Below are positions 8,325-15,853 of a stretch of 15,853 nt of DNA, piece after piece; positions within the stretch are counted from its first letter, which is position 1; every line of letters begins with the position of its first letter. The stretch spans positions 1 through 15,853 of the forward strand of contig JBBAPZ010000034.1 in the NCBI GenBank assembly GCA_040400605.1. The letters run 5' to 3'. The DNA comes from Candidatus Sericytochromatia bacterium (lineage in GTDB: Bacteria; Cyanobacteriota; Sericytochromatia; S15B-MN24; JAQBPE01). The position numbers and the translations under genes were made by a program. The notes beneath the pieces were generated by a model. That model was not told the origin of the DNA. It made no database searches and was given only the letters and a program-made list of their open reading frames with translations.

Positions 8325-8722
8325 TCATATCGCTCACTCGCCATTGCATAAAAACAAACATCACTTGAATGGCGGTTGGTTTGAGCATCCTTGAACGCCC
8401 GTGCAACACATCGTGAAATCAAACAGTAATTGTTCGTCGTGCTGGGTTGAGTGCGCTGCACCTTCCAACTTTAAGCGCCCTTTTCGTGGAGCGAGTATTA
8501 ATTTTTGACATGGCGATAGCTTGAATATCACGTTTTGGTGTCACGAAATGTCGCGGGTTGGCTGAACCAACTGGTGGATTAAATACCATCACAATGAATT
8601 GAGCCCTCGCTTGAATTCCAGTATTGCTTGCAGCGAACTCACAAACACCTGTCCAGGCAGGCAACAGGGTCACACAGCCGGGGCCTGTCAAAACGTCCAA
8701 TGGGCCACGGTGGAGGATAGGC

Positions 8723-9679
8723 ATGCGATTCAACGTATTGATAACTGCTTACCTTTGGGGAATCTGCGCGGCACTCGTTGGGCTTCTCGCAGCCTGCGTC
8801 CACCCGCACGAGGCCCCTGCAGTACACTGGCAACAATCAGCCTGGCGTGCACCGGACCTCAACCTGGCTGCACCCCGCGCACGGATGGGCGCGGTGCAAC
8901 CGTTGCCACCACGCCTCGCTATGGTCCTTGGCGAAGGCTTTCGCAAGCAGGTGCAGATCATTGAGTGGGGCGAGTCCCCCCGTGCGATCGCGACCCCCAC
9001 CCCCACCTACGTCGGCCCCGCCCCGCCCCGGATCAGCGCGGACGGCCGTTATTTGGTCTACACCAGCCCCAAAGGCCAAGGAATGCGACTGGTGCTCTGG
9101 GACATTCCCGGTAATCGCGAAATCATCCTCCCGGGTCTCGCCGAGGGTTTTCCGCGCGACCCCGATTTAAGTGCTCACGCCAATTACCTCATCTTCCTCG
9201 ATGGCCCCGTTCGCAACACCCGCCTGCGCGTGTACGATCGCACCCGCTTTGAACTTCAGGAATGGCCACTGCCAACCCAACTCGCGGTCACCCTGCGCCA
9301 ACCGACCTTGTCAGGCGACGGGCATCTCGTCGCCGTCGAAGCCGCCTCACACCAAGGCGATCGCAACATCCTCCTCTTTGAGCGTGAAACCCAACGCCCC
9401 CTCCCTCCCCAAAGTGTCAACAGCCCGGCCGAAGAACGTACGCCCGCCCTCAGCATGAATGGACGTTACCTCGCTTACACCTCCAACACAGGCGGCACTC
9501 TGGATATCCTCATCTACGATCGCGTCCGCGAACGTGCCGTATCAGCCATTGCTTCCAATACGCTCCAGGATGAGGATCACCCGCGTTTCAGCGGCGAAGC
9601 CAGTCAGTGGTTGCATTACACCCGAAGCGCAACCAAACAGCTGAATTGGGTGGTATCCCCTTTTAATCCGGAGGACTGA
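8723..9679 (+). CDS. TolB-like (PD40) beta-propeller lipoprotein
   Basis: ATG 8723 with GGAGG RBS at 8712-8716. Leader ...AALVGLLAA-C. Repeats PRISADGRYLVYTS, PTLSGDGHLVAV and VNSPAEERTPALSMNGRYLAYTSNTGGTLDILIYD. Confidence 0.85.
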   Translation: MRFNVLITAYLWGICAALVGLLAACVHPHEAPAVHWQQSAWRAPDLNLAAPRARMGAVQPLPPRLAMVLGEGFRKQVQIIEWGESPRAIATPTPTYVGPAPPRISADGRYLVYTSPKGQGMRLVLWDIPGNREIILPGLAEGFPRDPDLSAHANYLIFLDGPVRNTRLRVYDRTRFELQEWPLPTQLAVTLRQPTLSGDGHLVAVEAASHQGDRNILLFERETQRPLPPQSVNSPAEERTPALSMNGRYLAYTSNTGGTLDILIYDRVRERAVSAIASNTLQDEDHPRFSGEASQWLHYTRSATKQLNWVVSPFNPED

Positions 9680-9684
9680 CATCT

Positions 9685-11124
9685 ATGAGCATTCGCTTTT
9701 TATCCGTCTGTCTCCTCCTGTTTGCGTGCCAACCACGCCTGATACCCGTGCCAACGCCCTCACAACCGGCAGTCGCTCAACCATTGCCCAACCGCGACAC
9801 GGGGTGGTTAACACGGGACGCACCCAAATCCTTCACCGTCAAAAAAGGTGAAACAATTACCTTGCGCTTTATCCATGCAGGCGACGGCACGCGTGACATT
9901 GAATGGAAAACGGATGCCGTCCTCAAATGGACCACGACACCATCTGAAGGGTCACAGCCGTTGGTGCGGCCGGCGCCGTTCGGCTTCTGGGGTACCGGTC
10001 GGCCGGTTCGCACGGTATTTCAAACATTCCCCAAAGTATCCCCGGTTACTGCGGGTGATTCGGAAACCTTTTGGATTAACAACGGCAGCGGGCAGCTGTC
10101 AGGCGATCGCCCCAGTCTTGCCCACCGCCGTCACGTGACGCCACACGCCTACTTTTACGTCGACGAGCAGGAATCACGGTTGGATGGTGGTGCTTTGGAA
10201 CGGATGGCGGAAGCCTTCGAGCAGCGCATTCGACCTGGTATCACTGCCGTGTTCGGAACCGAAGCCCAGCCCGGCATTGACGGGGATGCGCGTCTGTTTG
10301 TCGTGATCTCCCCGTGGGTTGGTTCAGCCCCAGGGCATCAAGGGATGCTGGGTTATTTCTGGTACCGCGATGCGATTGCGCGGGTCGCCGATCCGGCTCA
10401 CCTGGCGCATCACAGCAATGAAAAAGAAGTCCTGTTTCTGTCCAGCCGGCTTGTGGAGGAACGCGCAGTGACAGCCTTTGGCACATTGGCCCATGAGTAC
10501 CAGCATCTGATTGGTTTCACGTTAAAACGTCTGACCACCGGTCGAGAGCAACCTGAGGTGCCTTGGTTGGATGAGGGGTTGTCGATGGTGGCGATGGATT
10601 TGGCAGGTTACGGTACGGTCGGTGGGGATCCGTTTGTTCAGCAAGACATCGATGCGTATCGTCAACGACCGGCCGCGTACTCGTTGACCGAGTGGGCAGA
10701 GAATCCCGGGGGCTACGGCTATGGTCTGAGTTACCTGTTTATCCGTCACTTGGTTCAGCGTCACGGTTTGGGGATTATCAAGGACTTGATGCAAGAGCCC
10801 GAGCGGGGTCAAGTTGGTCTTGAGCGGGTGCTGCAGCGTTACGGGACGGATCTCGCGAGCAGTTTCATCGATTGGGCGATCGCTTCGGATGATCCGCTTG
10901 TGGGGATGGCGCTCGCGACGGAAACACCGACGGGCACCCTGACGATGAGGCCTTGGAGTCAGTTGGTCGTGACACTCACGGCCAGTCGGGATGCCGAACG
11001 GCCGTTGCTCGTCAGCGCGCGTGAGCAGGCTGTGAGGGTTGTGGTTGAGCGATCGCCCCAGGGTCGCTCAGACGGTCAGACAGGCTTAAACGGGCACTCG
11101 ATCGTTCGCGGCATAAAATTCTGA
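9685..11124 (+). CDS. Zinc metallopeptidase-like lipoprotein (HEXXH...E gluzincin-type, M30/hyicolysin-like)
   Basis: Lipobox LLFA-C. TLAHEYQHLI followed ~20 aa later by WLDEGLS. Upstream motifs IDGDARLFVVI and MLGYF and downstream GYGLSYLFIRHL are typical of this group. GGAGG RBS just before the previous gene's stop, with a 5-nt gap between genes. Confidence 0.8.
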   Translation: MSIRFLSVCLLLFACQPRLIPVPTPSQPAVAQPLPNRDTGWLTRDAPKSFTVKKGETITLRFIHAGDGTRDIEWKTDAVLKWTTTPSEGSQPLVRPAPFGFWGTGRPVRTVFQTFPKVSPVTAGDSETFWINNGSGQLSGDRPSLAHRRHVTPHAYFYVDEQESRLDGGALERMAEAFEQRIRPGITAVFGTEAQPGIDGDARLFVVISPWVGSAPGHQGMLGYFWYRDAIARVADPAHLAHHSNEKEVLFLSSRLVEERAVTAFGTLAHEYQHLIGFTLKRLTTGREQPEVPWLDEGLSMVAMDLAGYGTVGGDPFVQQDIDAYRQRPAAYSLTEWAENPGGYGYGLSYLFIRHLVQRHGLGIIKDLMQEPERGQVGLERVLQRYGTDLASSFIDWAIASDDPLVGMALATETPTGTLTMRPWSQLVVTLTASRDAERPLLVSAREQAVRVVVERSPQGRSDGQTGLNGHSIVRGIKF

Positions 11125-11245
11125 AAACAAAGTCATCGTCTGAGCAATAAAAGGTATTCTATACATAAAACGATCTTAAGCAGTTTGCAGGCAAGGTGCA
11201 CTGAAACAGTCATCCGAAGGAGGTTTTCGGATACCTTCTGATTCC

Positions 11246-11374
11246 AGCCATCAAATTGACTGATTGTTCGTAAAATATTCGTTGTGACCATGCCGTATGT
11301 AACACCCGAAATCGATCCGCTTACCCTTGCATGTGGTTCTGGTGGTGAGCGTCCGATCGGTGAAATTGATGGTT
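11246..11374 (+). ncRNA. Putative structured RNA / dispersed hairpin repeat, copy B (unassigned family)
   Basis: 5' arm AGCCATCAAATTGACTGATTGTTCG (11246-11270) pairs with TGAGCG-tccg-ATCGGTGAAATTGATGGTT (11346-11374). Homologous to 2704-2825. Lies between two convergent genes. Confidence 0.55.
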
Positions 11375-11456
11375 AGTTTCCGATTCGGGACGTGTCGAAC
11401 AAGTATTCAACCGGATACTGCACGAAGGTCAGGCGACGACGTTGTTACGCACACCT

Positions 11457-14400
11457 TCACCCGAGCATCGGCAGTTCGAGGGCTGACGCTCGGTGAGGGG
11501 CTTCCAGGTGGACGGCAGTGACACCCAGCATGGCCTGTAATCCGCTAATAAGTTGCTCACCCGGTTCAATCCGATGGGCTTCGCCCGCCACCACGGTTTC
11601 CGCCAGATGAGGAAAGTGGAAGACCACGGGCGTTTCGCCGGCGAACTGACTGAGTAATTTCCGCAAGGCCACCAGGAACCCGCCCTCCACCTGTTGTTTC
11701 AAGGTGAGATGAAGGATTGGCAGGTTATCGAGGGGTTTGACGTGGGATGCAAGAATTTTGATCTCATCATCGCGATTGGACAATTTGCCTTTGATAAGCA
11801 AACGGGCATCATCTTTGAGCAGTTGCCAATGTTTTTCGTAGGCTTCCGGAAAAAAGATGATCTCGATGGTGCCTGTGAGATCCTCGAAGGTACCACTCAT
11901 CATGGGGGCGCCTTTTTTGGTGGTGGCTTTCCGGGTAGCAGTCAACATTCCCCCGATAACCACGGTGGTTGAGTCTGGAATGTCCTCGGCGCTGGCGAGC
12001 AAGTGGGTGTTGTAGAGGGTGAGGCTTTTTGCGTGGACTTGCAGGGGGTGACCGCTAACGTAGACGCCCAGCAGTTCTTTTTCCATCGTCAAGGCCTCGT
12101 CGGGGGGAAGTGGTGGCACGGTCGGCAAGTTGGGCTTGGGGGAGCTGAAGCCAGAGCCACCGCCTGTGGTATCCATGACGGAAAACAGTGAAATTTGCCC
12201 GCTGCTGCGTTCTTTTTGCTGTCTGACACCGCGTTCGACTGCTTCATCGAGTGCGGCCAGTAATTGGGCACGATGGCCATTGAGGCTGTCGAACGCCCCC
12301 GCTTTGATCAAGGATTCTAGGCAGCGCTTGTTGACCACTTTGAGATCAACCTCTTCGCAGAACTGGTAGAGATCGCTAAAAGCACCCAGTTTCTGACGTG
12401 CCTCCAAGATGGCTTCCACCGCATTCTCGCCGACGTTTTTAACGGCGCACATTCCGATGCGGATGGCATTTTTGTGGACAACGAAATCTGTCGATGACGT
12501 GTTGATATCAGGTGGCAAGACCTTGATGCCCATTTGGTTGCAGTTGTGAATGTAGAGTTGGACCTTTTCTTGGGTGCCCATGACCGAGGAGAGCAGCGCG
12601 CACATGTATTCAATGGGATAGTTCGCTTTGAGGTAGGCAGTGCGGAAGGTAATGACGGCATAGGCAGCGGAGTGGGATTTATTGAAACCGTATTCCGCGA
12701 ACTTGGCGAGGTTGTCAAACAAAGCGGTAGCTTTGTCTTCGGGGTGGCTCAGTTTGGTTGCGCCTTCGAGGAAGGTGGCTTTTTGGCGGGCCATTTCGGC
12801 ACCGTCTTTTTTACCCATCGCGCGGCGCAGGAGGTCGGCTTGTCCGAGGCTGTAGCCACCGTAGATCTGCGCGATTTGCATGACCTGTTCCTGGTAGATG
12901 CAGTTGTGGACATAAAAGCCGTTGGCGATAAAATTATTAACACTTTCGACGGTGATGTCATAGACCGGGGCCTTTCCGGCGGGTTCAATTGACGTGATGG
13001 CGATCCAACGCACGCGACTGAGGCGCTGTAACTCTGACATCGAGCCAGAGGGCGCAACTTTGAGGGCCGAGTTGTCGGGATCGAGGGCGGGCAATGCACG
13101 CAGGGACCCGTGGTGAAAAGCGTTGGCTTGGGTGAACTCAAAGTCGTTGAGGCCGTAATGCTTGACGGGCGTGCCAACGAAGTGGCCCACCTCGAGGTGT
13201 TGCAGTTCGGTCCAGCCGTTGGCGGTCAAGAAGCGGTGATCGGCGGTGGCCTTGATTGAGCGGCCATCGGCCAGGGTCAATTCAAAGATTTGTTTGACGC
13301 CTTGGTCAAAAAAGTGAGTGACGCGGGCGACGGAGGGGGTGAGGGTGTCGTCAATGCCCTCAACCAACAGGTGGTCACGGTTGCGTACGGCGTCGAGACG
13401 TATGGACTTGCCGGATATGGCGTCAATGACGAGGGTATCACCTGTCAAGCAGGTGCCGTAGGTATCTTTCAAAATGGGTTCCAAGGAGTGGTGTGGGTAT
13501 TCGATCGCGGCCCGGCCGTGTTTGCGGTTGATGAAATCCTCAACCATGCCAGACTGGAGTGGGCCGGGCCGATACAAGGCCAGCAAGGCTGCGAGATCCT
13601 CAAACGTGCTGGGCTGCAATTGATAAACCAGTTTGCGCATGCCATCCGATTCAAGCTGGAAAATGCCCACGGCATCGCCGGAGCGTAAGAGTTCGTAGGT
13701 TTTGGGATCGTCCATCGGGATGGCGGACCAGTCGATGGTGATGCCGTGAAACTGCTTGATGAAGCGCAAGGCTTTAGCGACCATGGTCAAATTGCGCAAG
13801 CCGAGGAAATCCATTTTGAGCAAGCCCATCATTTCGAGGTATTTTTGCTCATATTGCGTGGAGACAAAGCCCGAGTCATCTTTGCCGGCGCGTTGCAAGG
13901 GGACGAGGGTATCGAGGGGTTCTTGTGAGATGACGACTCCTGCGGCGTGGATGCCTGTGTTGCGGACATAGCCCTCCAGTTTGCGGGCCATGTTAAGAAG
14001 TTCACCAACCTGCGGATCAGCTTTGCTGGCGGCGTCGAGTTCAGAGCCCTCTTTACAGGCGTTTTCGAGTGTGATGTTGAGTTCAGCGGGGACCAGTTTA
14101 CAGAGTCGGTTGGTTTCGGCGAAGGGAAACTCGAGCACGCGGCCGGTATCCTTGATGGCGGCTTTGGCCCCAAGGGTGCCGAAGGTAACGATTTGCGCAA
14201 CCCGTTCGGCGCCATATTTTTGCTGAACGTACTTGATGACTTCGCCGCGCCGCTCGATGCAGAAGTCAACGTCAATATCTGGCATGCTGACGCGTTCCGG
14301 ATTGAGGAAGCGCTCAAAAAGCAAATTGTAGGGCAAGGGGTCCAGGTCGGTGATGCCGAGGCAATAGGCGACAATCGAGCCTGCTGCGGATCCCCGCCCC

Positions 14401-15470
14401 GGCCCGACCTCGATTTCCTGACTTTTAGCCCAGGCAATGAAGTCCCAGACAATCAAAAAGTAGCCCGGGAAACCCATGCGCGTGATCATGTCCAATTCGT
14501 ACTGAATGCGCTCCCGAATGGTGTCAGTCAACTCTGCGTAACGCCTGGCTGCACCGTCCCACGTCAATTTCGCCAGGTAAGACGTTTCGGTGTGACCTTC
14601 CGGCAGGGGGTATTGCGGCAATTGCGGGCGTCCCAATTCGATGAGCACATTACACTTGCCAGCAACTTCCAACGTGTTGTCGAGGGCCTCGGGATGGTCC
14701 CTGAAAATATCGGCCATTTCCGAGCCCGATTTGATGTAAAACTGGTCTGTCTTGTAGAGCTTGTTGGGATCCGAAATGAGTTTGCCTGATTGTATGCAGA
14801 CCAGGGCGTCGTGGGTTTTGTAGTCTTCGTGGCAGGTATAGTGCGCGTCATTGCTGGCCACCAGTTTGACGCCCAATTCCTTGGAAAACTCGATGAGGAC
14901 CTGGTTGACGCGGTGTTGTTCGTCGAAACCGTGATCCTGCAGTTCGAAGTAGAAGTCGTTGCCGCGCAGTTGTTTGAACCATTGCGCACGGGCGTAGGCG
15001 CCATCAATGTCGCCGGCCAGGATTTTTTGGGGAATCTCACTGCCGAGGCATCCGGACAGGAGTACGATGCCTTCATTGTATTGTTCAAGGAGTTCGTAGT
15101 CGATGCGGGGTTTGTAGTAGTAGCCTTCGAGGTGGCTGGTTGAGACCATTTTGACCAGGTTGCGATAGCCTGTGAGGTCCTTGGCGAGCGCGATGAGGTG
15201 AAAGGTGCGATTGGGGCTGGTCTTGCCGTGGCTTGAGCGATCCCGTCGGTCTTTGCAAACGTAGAGTTCACACCCGATGATGGGTTTAATGCCCTTTTTC
15301 TTGGCTTCGCAATAGAATTCGAGCGCGCCGTACATGACCCCGTGGTCCGTGAGGGCGATCGCCGGTTGTCCCAGTTCGGCGACGTGCTTGACCATCCGGC
15401 CCGTGCGGTTGGCGCCGTCCAGCAGGGAGTATTCGGAATGGACGTGCAGGTGAACGAATTGACCGGGCAC
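11457..15470 (-). CDS. dnaE: DNA polymerase III alpha subunit (intein-containing)
   Basis: PHP domain FVHLHVHSEYSLLDG, ALTDHG, GPGRGSAAGS, LLFERFLNPERVSMPDIDVDF, GLLKMDFLGLRNLT, YGFNKSHSAAY and C-terminal OB fold. Start placed at GTG 15470, with GAGGT upstream. Confidence 0.97.
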   Translation of the reverse strand: MPGQFVHLHVHSEYSLLDGANRTGRMVKHVAELGQPAIALTDHGVMYGALEFYCEAKKKGIKPIIGCELYVCKDRRDRSSHGKTSPNRTFHLIALAKDLTGYRNLVKMVSTSHLEGYYYKPRIDYELLEQYNEGIVLLSGCLGSEIPQKILAGDIDGAYARAQWFKQLRGNDFYFELQDHGFDEQHRVNQVLIEFSKELGVKLVASNDAHYTCHEDYKTHDALVCIQSGKLISDPNKLYKTDQFYIKSGSEMADIFRDHPEALDNTLEVAGKCNVLIELGRPQLPQYPLPEGHTETSYLAKLTWDGAARRYAELTDTIRERIQYELDMITRMGFPGYFLIVWDFIAWAKSQEIEVGPGRGSAAGSIVAYCLGITDLDPLPYNLLFERFLNPERVSMPDIDVDFCIERRGEVIKYVQQKYGAERVAQIVTFGTLGAKAAIKDTGRVLEFPFAETNRLCKLVPAELNITLENACKEGSELDAASKADPQVGELLNMARKLEGYVRNTGIHAAGVVISQEPLDTLVPLQRAGKDDSGFVSTQYEQKYLEMMGLLKMDFLGLRNLTMVAKALRFIKQFHGITIDWSAIPMDDPKTYELLRSGDAVGIFQLESDGMRKLVYQLQPSTFEDLAALLALYRPGPLQSGMVEDFINRKHGRAAIEYPHHSLEPILKDTYGTCLTGDTLVIDAISGKSIRLDAVRNRDHLLVEGIDDTLTPSVARVTHFFDQGVKQIFELTLADGRSIKATADHRFLTANGWTELQHLEVGHFVGTPVKHYGLNDFEFTQANAFHHGSLRALPALDPDNSALKVAPSGSMSELQRLSRVRWIAITSIEPAGKAPVYDITVESVNNFIANGFYVHNCIYQEQVMQIAQIYGGYSLGQADLLRRAMGKKDGAEMARQKATFLEGATKLSHPEDKATALFDNLAKFAEYGFNKSHSAAYAVITFRTAYLKANYPIEYMCALLSSVMGTQEKVQLYIHNCNQMGIKVLPPDINTSSTDFVVHKNAIRIGMCAVKNVGENAVEAILEARQKLGAFSDLYQFCEEVDLKVVNKRCLESLIKAGAFDSLNGHRAQLLAALDEAVERGVRQQKERSSGQISLFSVMDTTGGGSGFSSPKPNLPTVPPLPPDEALTMEKELLGVYVSGHPLQVHAKSLTLYNTHLLASAEDIPDSTTVVIGGMLTATRKATTKKGAPMMSGTFEDLTGTIEIIFFPEAYEKHWQLLKDDARLLIKGKLSNRDDEIKILASHVKPLDNLPILHLTLKQQVEGGFLVALRKLLSQFAGETPVVFHFPHLAETVVAGEAHRIEPGEQLISGLQAMLGVTAVHLEAPHRASALELPMLG
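12903..13451 (-). mobile_element. Mini-intein (183 aa, no homing endonuclease) in dnaE
   Basis: In-frame insertion between DTYGT and CIYQEQ. Block A CLTGDTLV, block B ATADHRFLT, block F VYDITVESVNNFIA, block G NGFYVHN with +1 Cys. No LAGLIDADG or HNH motif, and too short to hold one. Confidence 0.93.
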
Positions 15471-15694
15471 GGGAGCACCTCGTGTCAGCGCGCGTGACAA
15501 GGAAGGGGGGAACGGTTGTCAGTTTAGATCAGCCGTATCCGGGTTGTCTATGATACATGCACGCTTTCGCGCTTGAATGGCCCGTGAAACGATGATTATC
15601 GGGTGGCTAGATGATTGTTCTTCAGCGAAACGCGGTGCGCTTGAGTCCAAGAAGTGTCGCGGAACGTTGCGCCCGCTTGATTTCTGACAGGATG

Positions 15695-15724
15695 TTTACA
15701 GTGGTGCCGGGTATCTGCTAAACT
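15695..15724 (+). promoter_or_regulatory. Sigma70-type promoter of the tRNA gene
   Basis: TTTACA (15695-15700), 18-nt spacer, then TG-c-TAAACT extended -10 (15719-15724), 10 nt before the tRNA. Confidence 0.55.
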
Positions 15725-15734
15725 GTGCCAGTTC

Positions 15735-15807
15735 GCCAATGTAGCTCAGTCGGTAGAGCAGCTGATTCGTAATCAGCAGGTCACGAGTTCGAGTCTCGTC
15801 GTTGGCT
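15735..15807 (+). tRNA. tRNA-Thr (anticodon CGT); 3' CCA not encoded
   Basis: Acceptor stem GCCAATG/CGTTGGC, D arm GCTC...GAGC, anticodon arm GCTGA-TTCGTAA-TCAGC, T arm ACGAG-TTCGAGT-CTCGT. The discriminator T is followed by CTA. Confidence 0.96.
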
Positions 15808-15815
15808 CTAGGAAT

Positions 15816-15853
15816 GAAGCCGGTTTCCAGTTTTGTGGAAGCCGGCTTCTTTT
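15816..15853 (+). terminator. Rho-independent terminator after tRNA-Thr
   Basis: 14-bp stem GAAGCCGGTTTCCA/TGGAAGCCGGCTTC (one G-U), 6-nt loop, followed by TTTT at the window edge. Confidence 0.88.

Noticed and set aside
7469..8461. 330-aa minus-strand ORF, and similar long ORFs at 2916-3725, 13947-14789 and 14564-15478
   Set aside because: These are antisense or alternate-frame shadows of well-supported genes, with no recognisable motifs.
4705..9679. Assigning the gene symbol tolB
   Set aside because: No TolB N-terminal domain, lipoprotein leaders, three paralogues and no tol-pal neighbours.
2704..11374. CRISPR array, integron attC or retron msr-msd as the explanation of the repeats
   Set aside because: The copies are kilobases apart with no spacer periodicity and lack RYYYAAC/GTTRRRY ends. 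No cas, integrase or reverse transcriptase gene is in the window.
15735..15853. tRNA-Thr as an island integration site
   Set aside because: No integrase and no duplicated tRNA 3' end in the window. Sequence beyond the window edge is unseen.

Overview
Chromosomal window from a moderately GC-rich bacterium. Two housekeeping genes, purB (1249-2643) and dnaE (minus strand, carrying a 183-aa Cys...His-Asn/Cys mini-intein), plus a tRNA-Thr(CGT) frame a ~8 kb block of six predicted lipoprotein genes: an S8 subtilase, three paralogous TolB/PD40-like beta-propeller proteins, an FG-GAP/EF-hand-loop-like hypothetical and an HEXXH metallopeptidase. The most unusual signal is non-coding. A ~90-130 nt hairpin element recurs in the + orientation in the intergenic gaps. 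Two clear copies (2704-2825, 11246-11374) share an identical 21-nt 5' arm and show G-U and compensatory pairing, and more diverged candidates lie at ~126-247, ~8418-8508 and possibly ~6739-6860. This suggests a dispersed structured-RNA or repeat family that I cannot assign to a known class. The cyanobacterial HIP1 octamer GCGATCGC occurs at least 11 times, yet dnaE is unsplit. That combination suggests, by inference only, an atypical or non-photosynthetic member or relative of the Cyanobacteriota.
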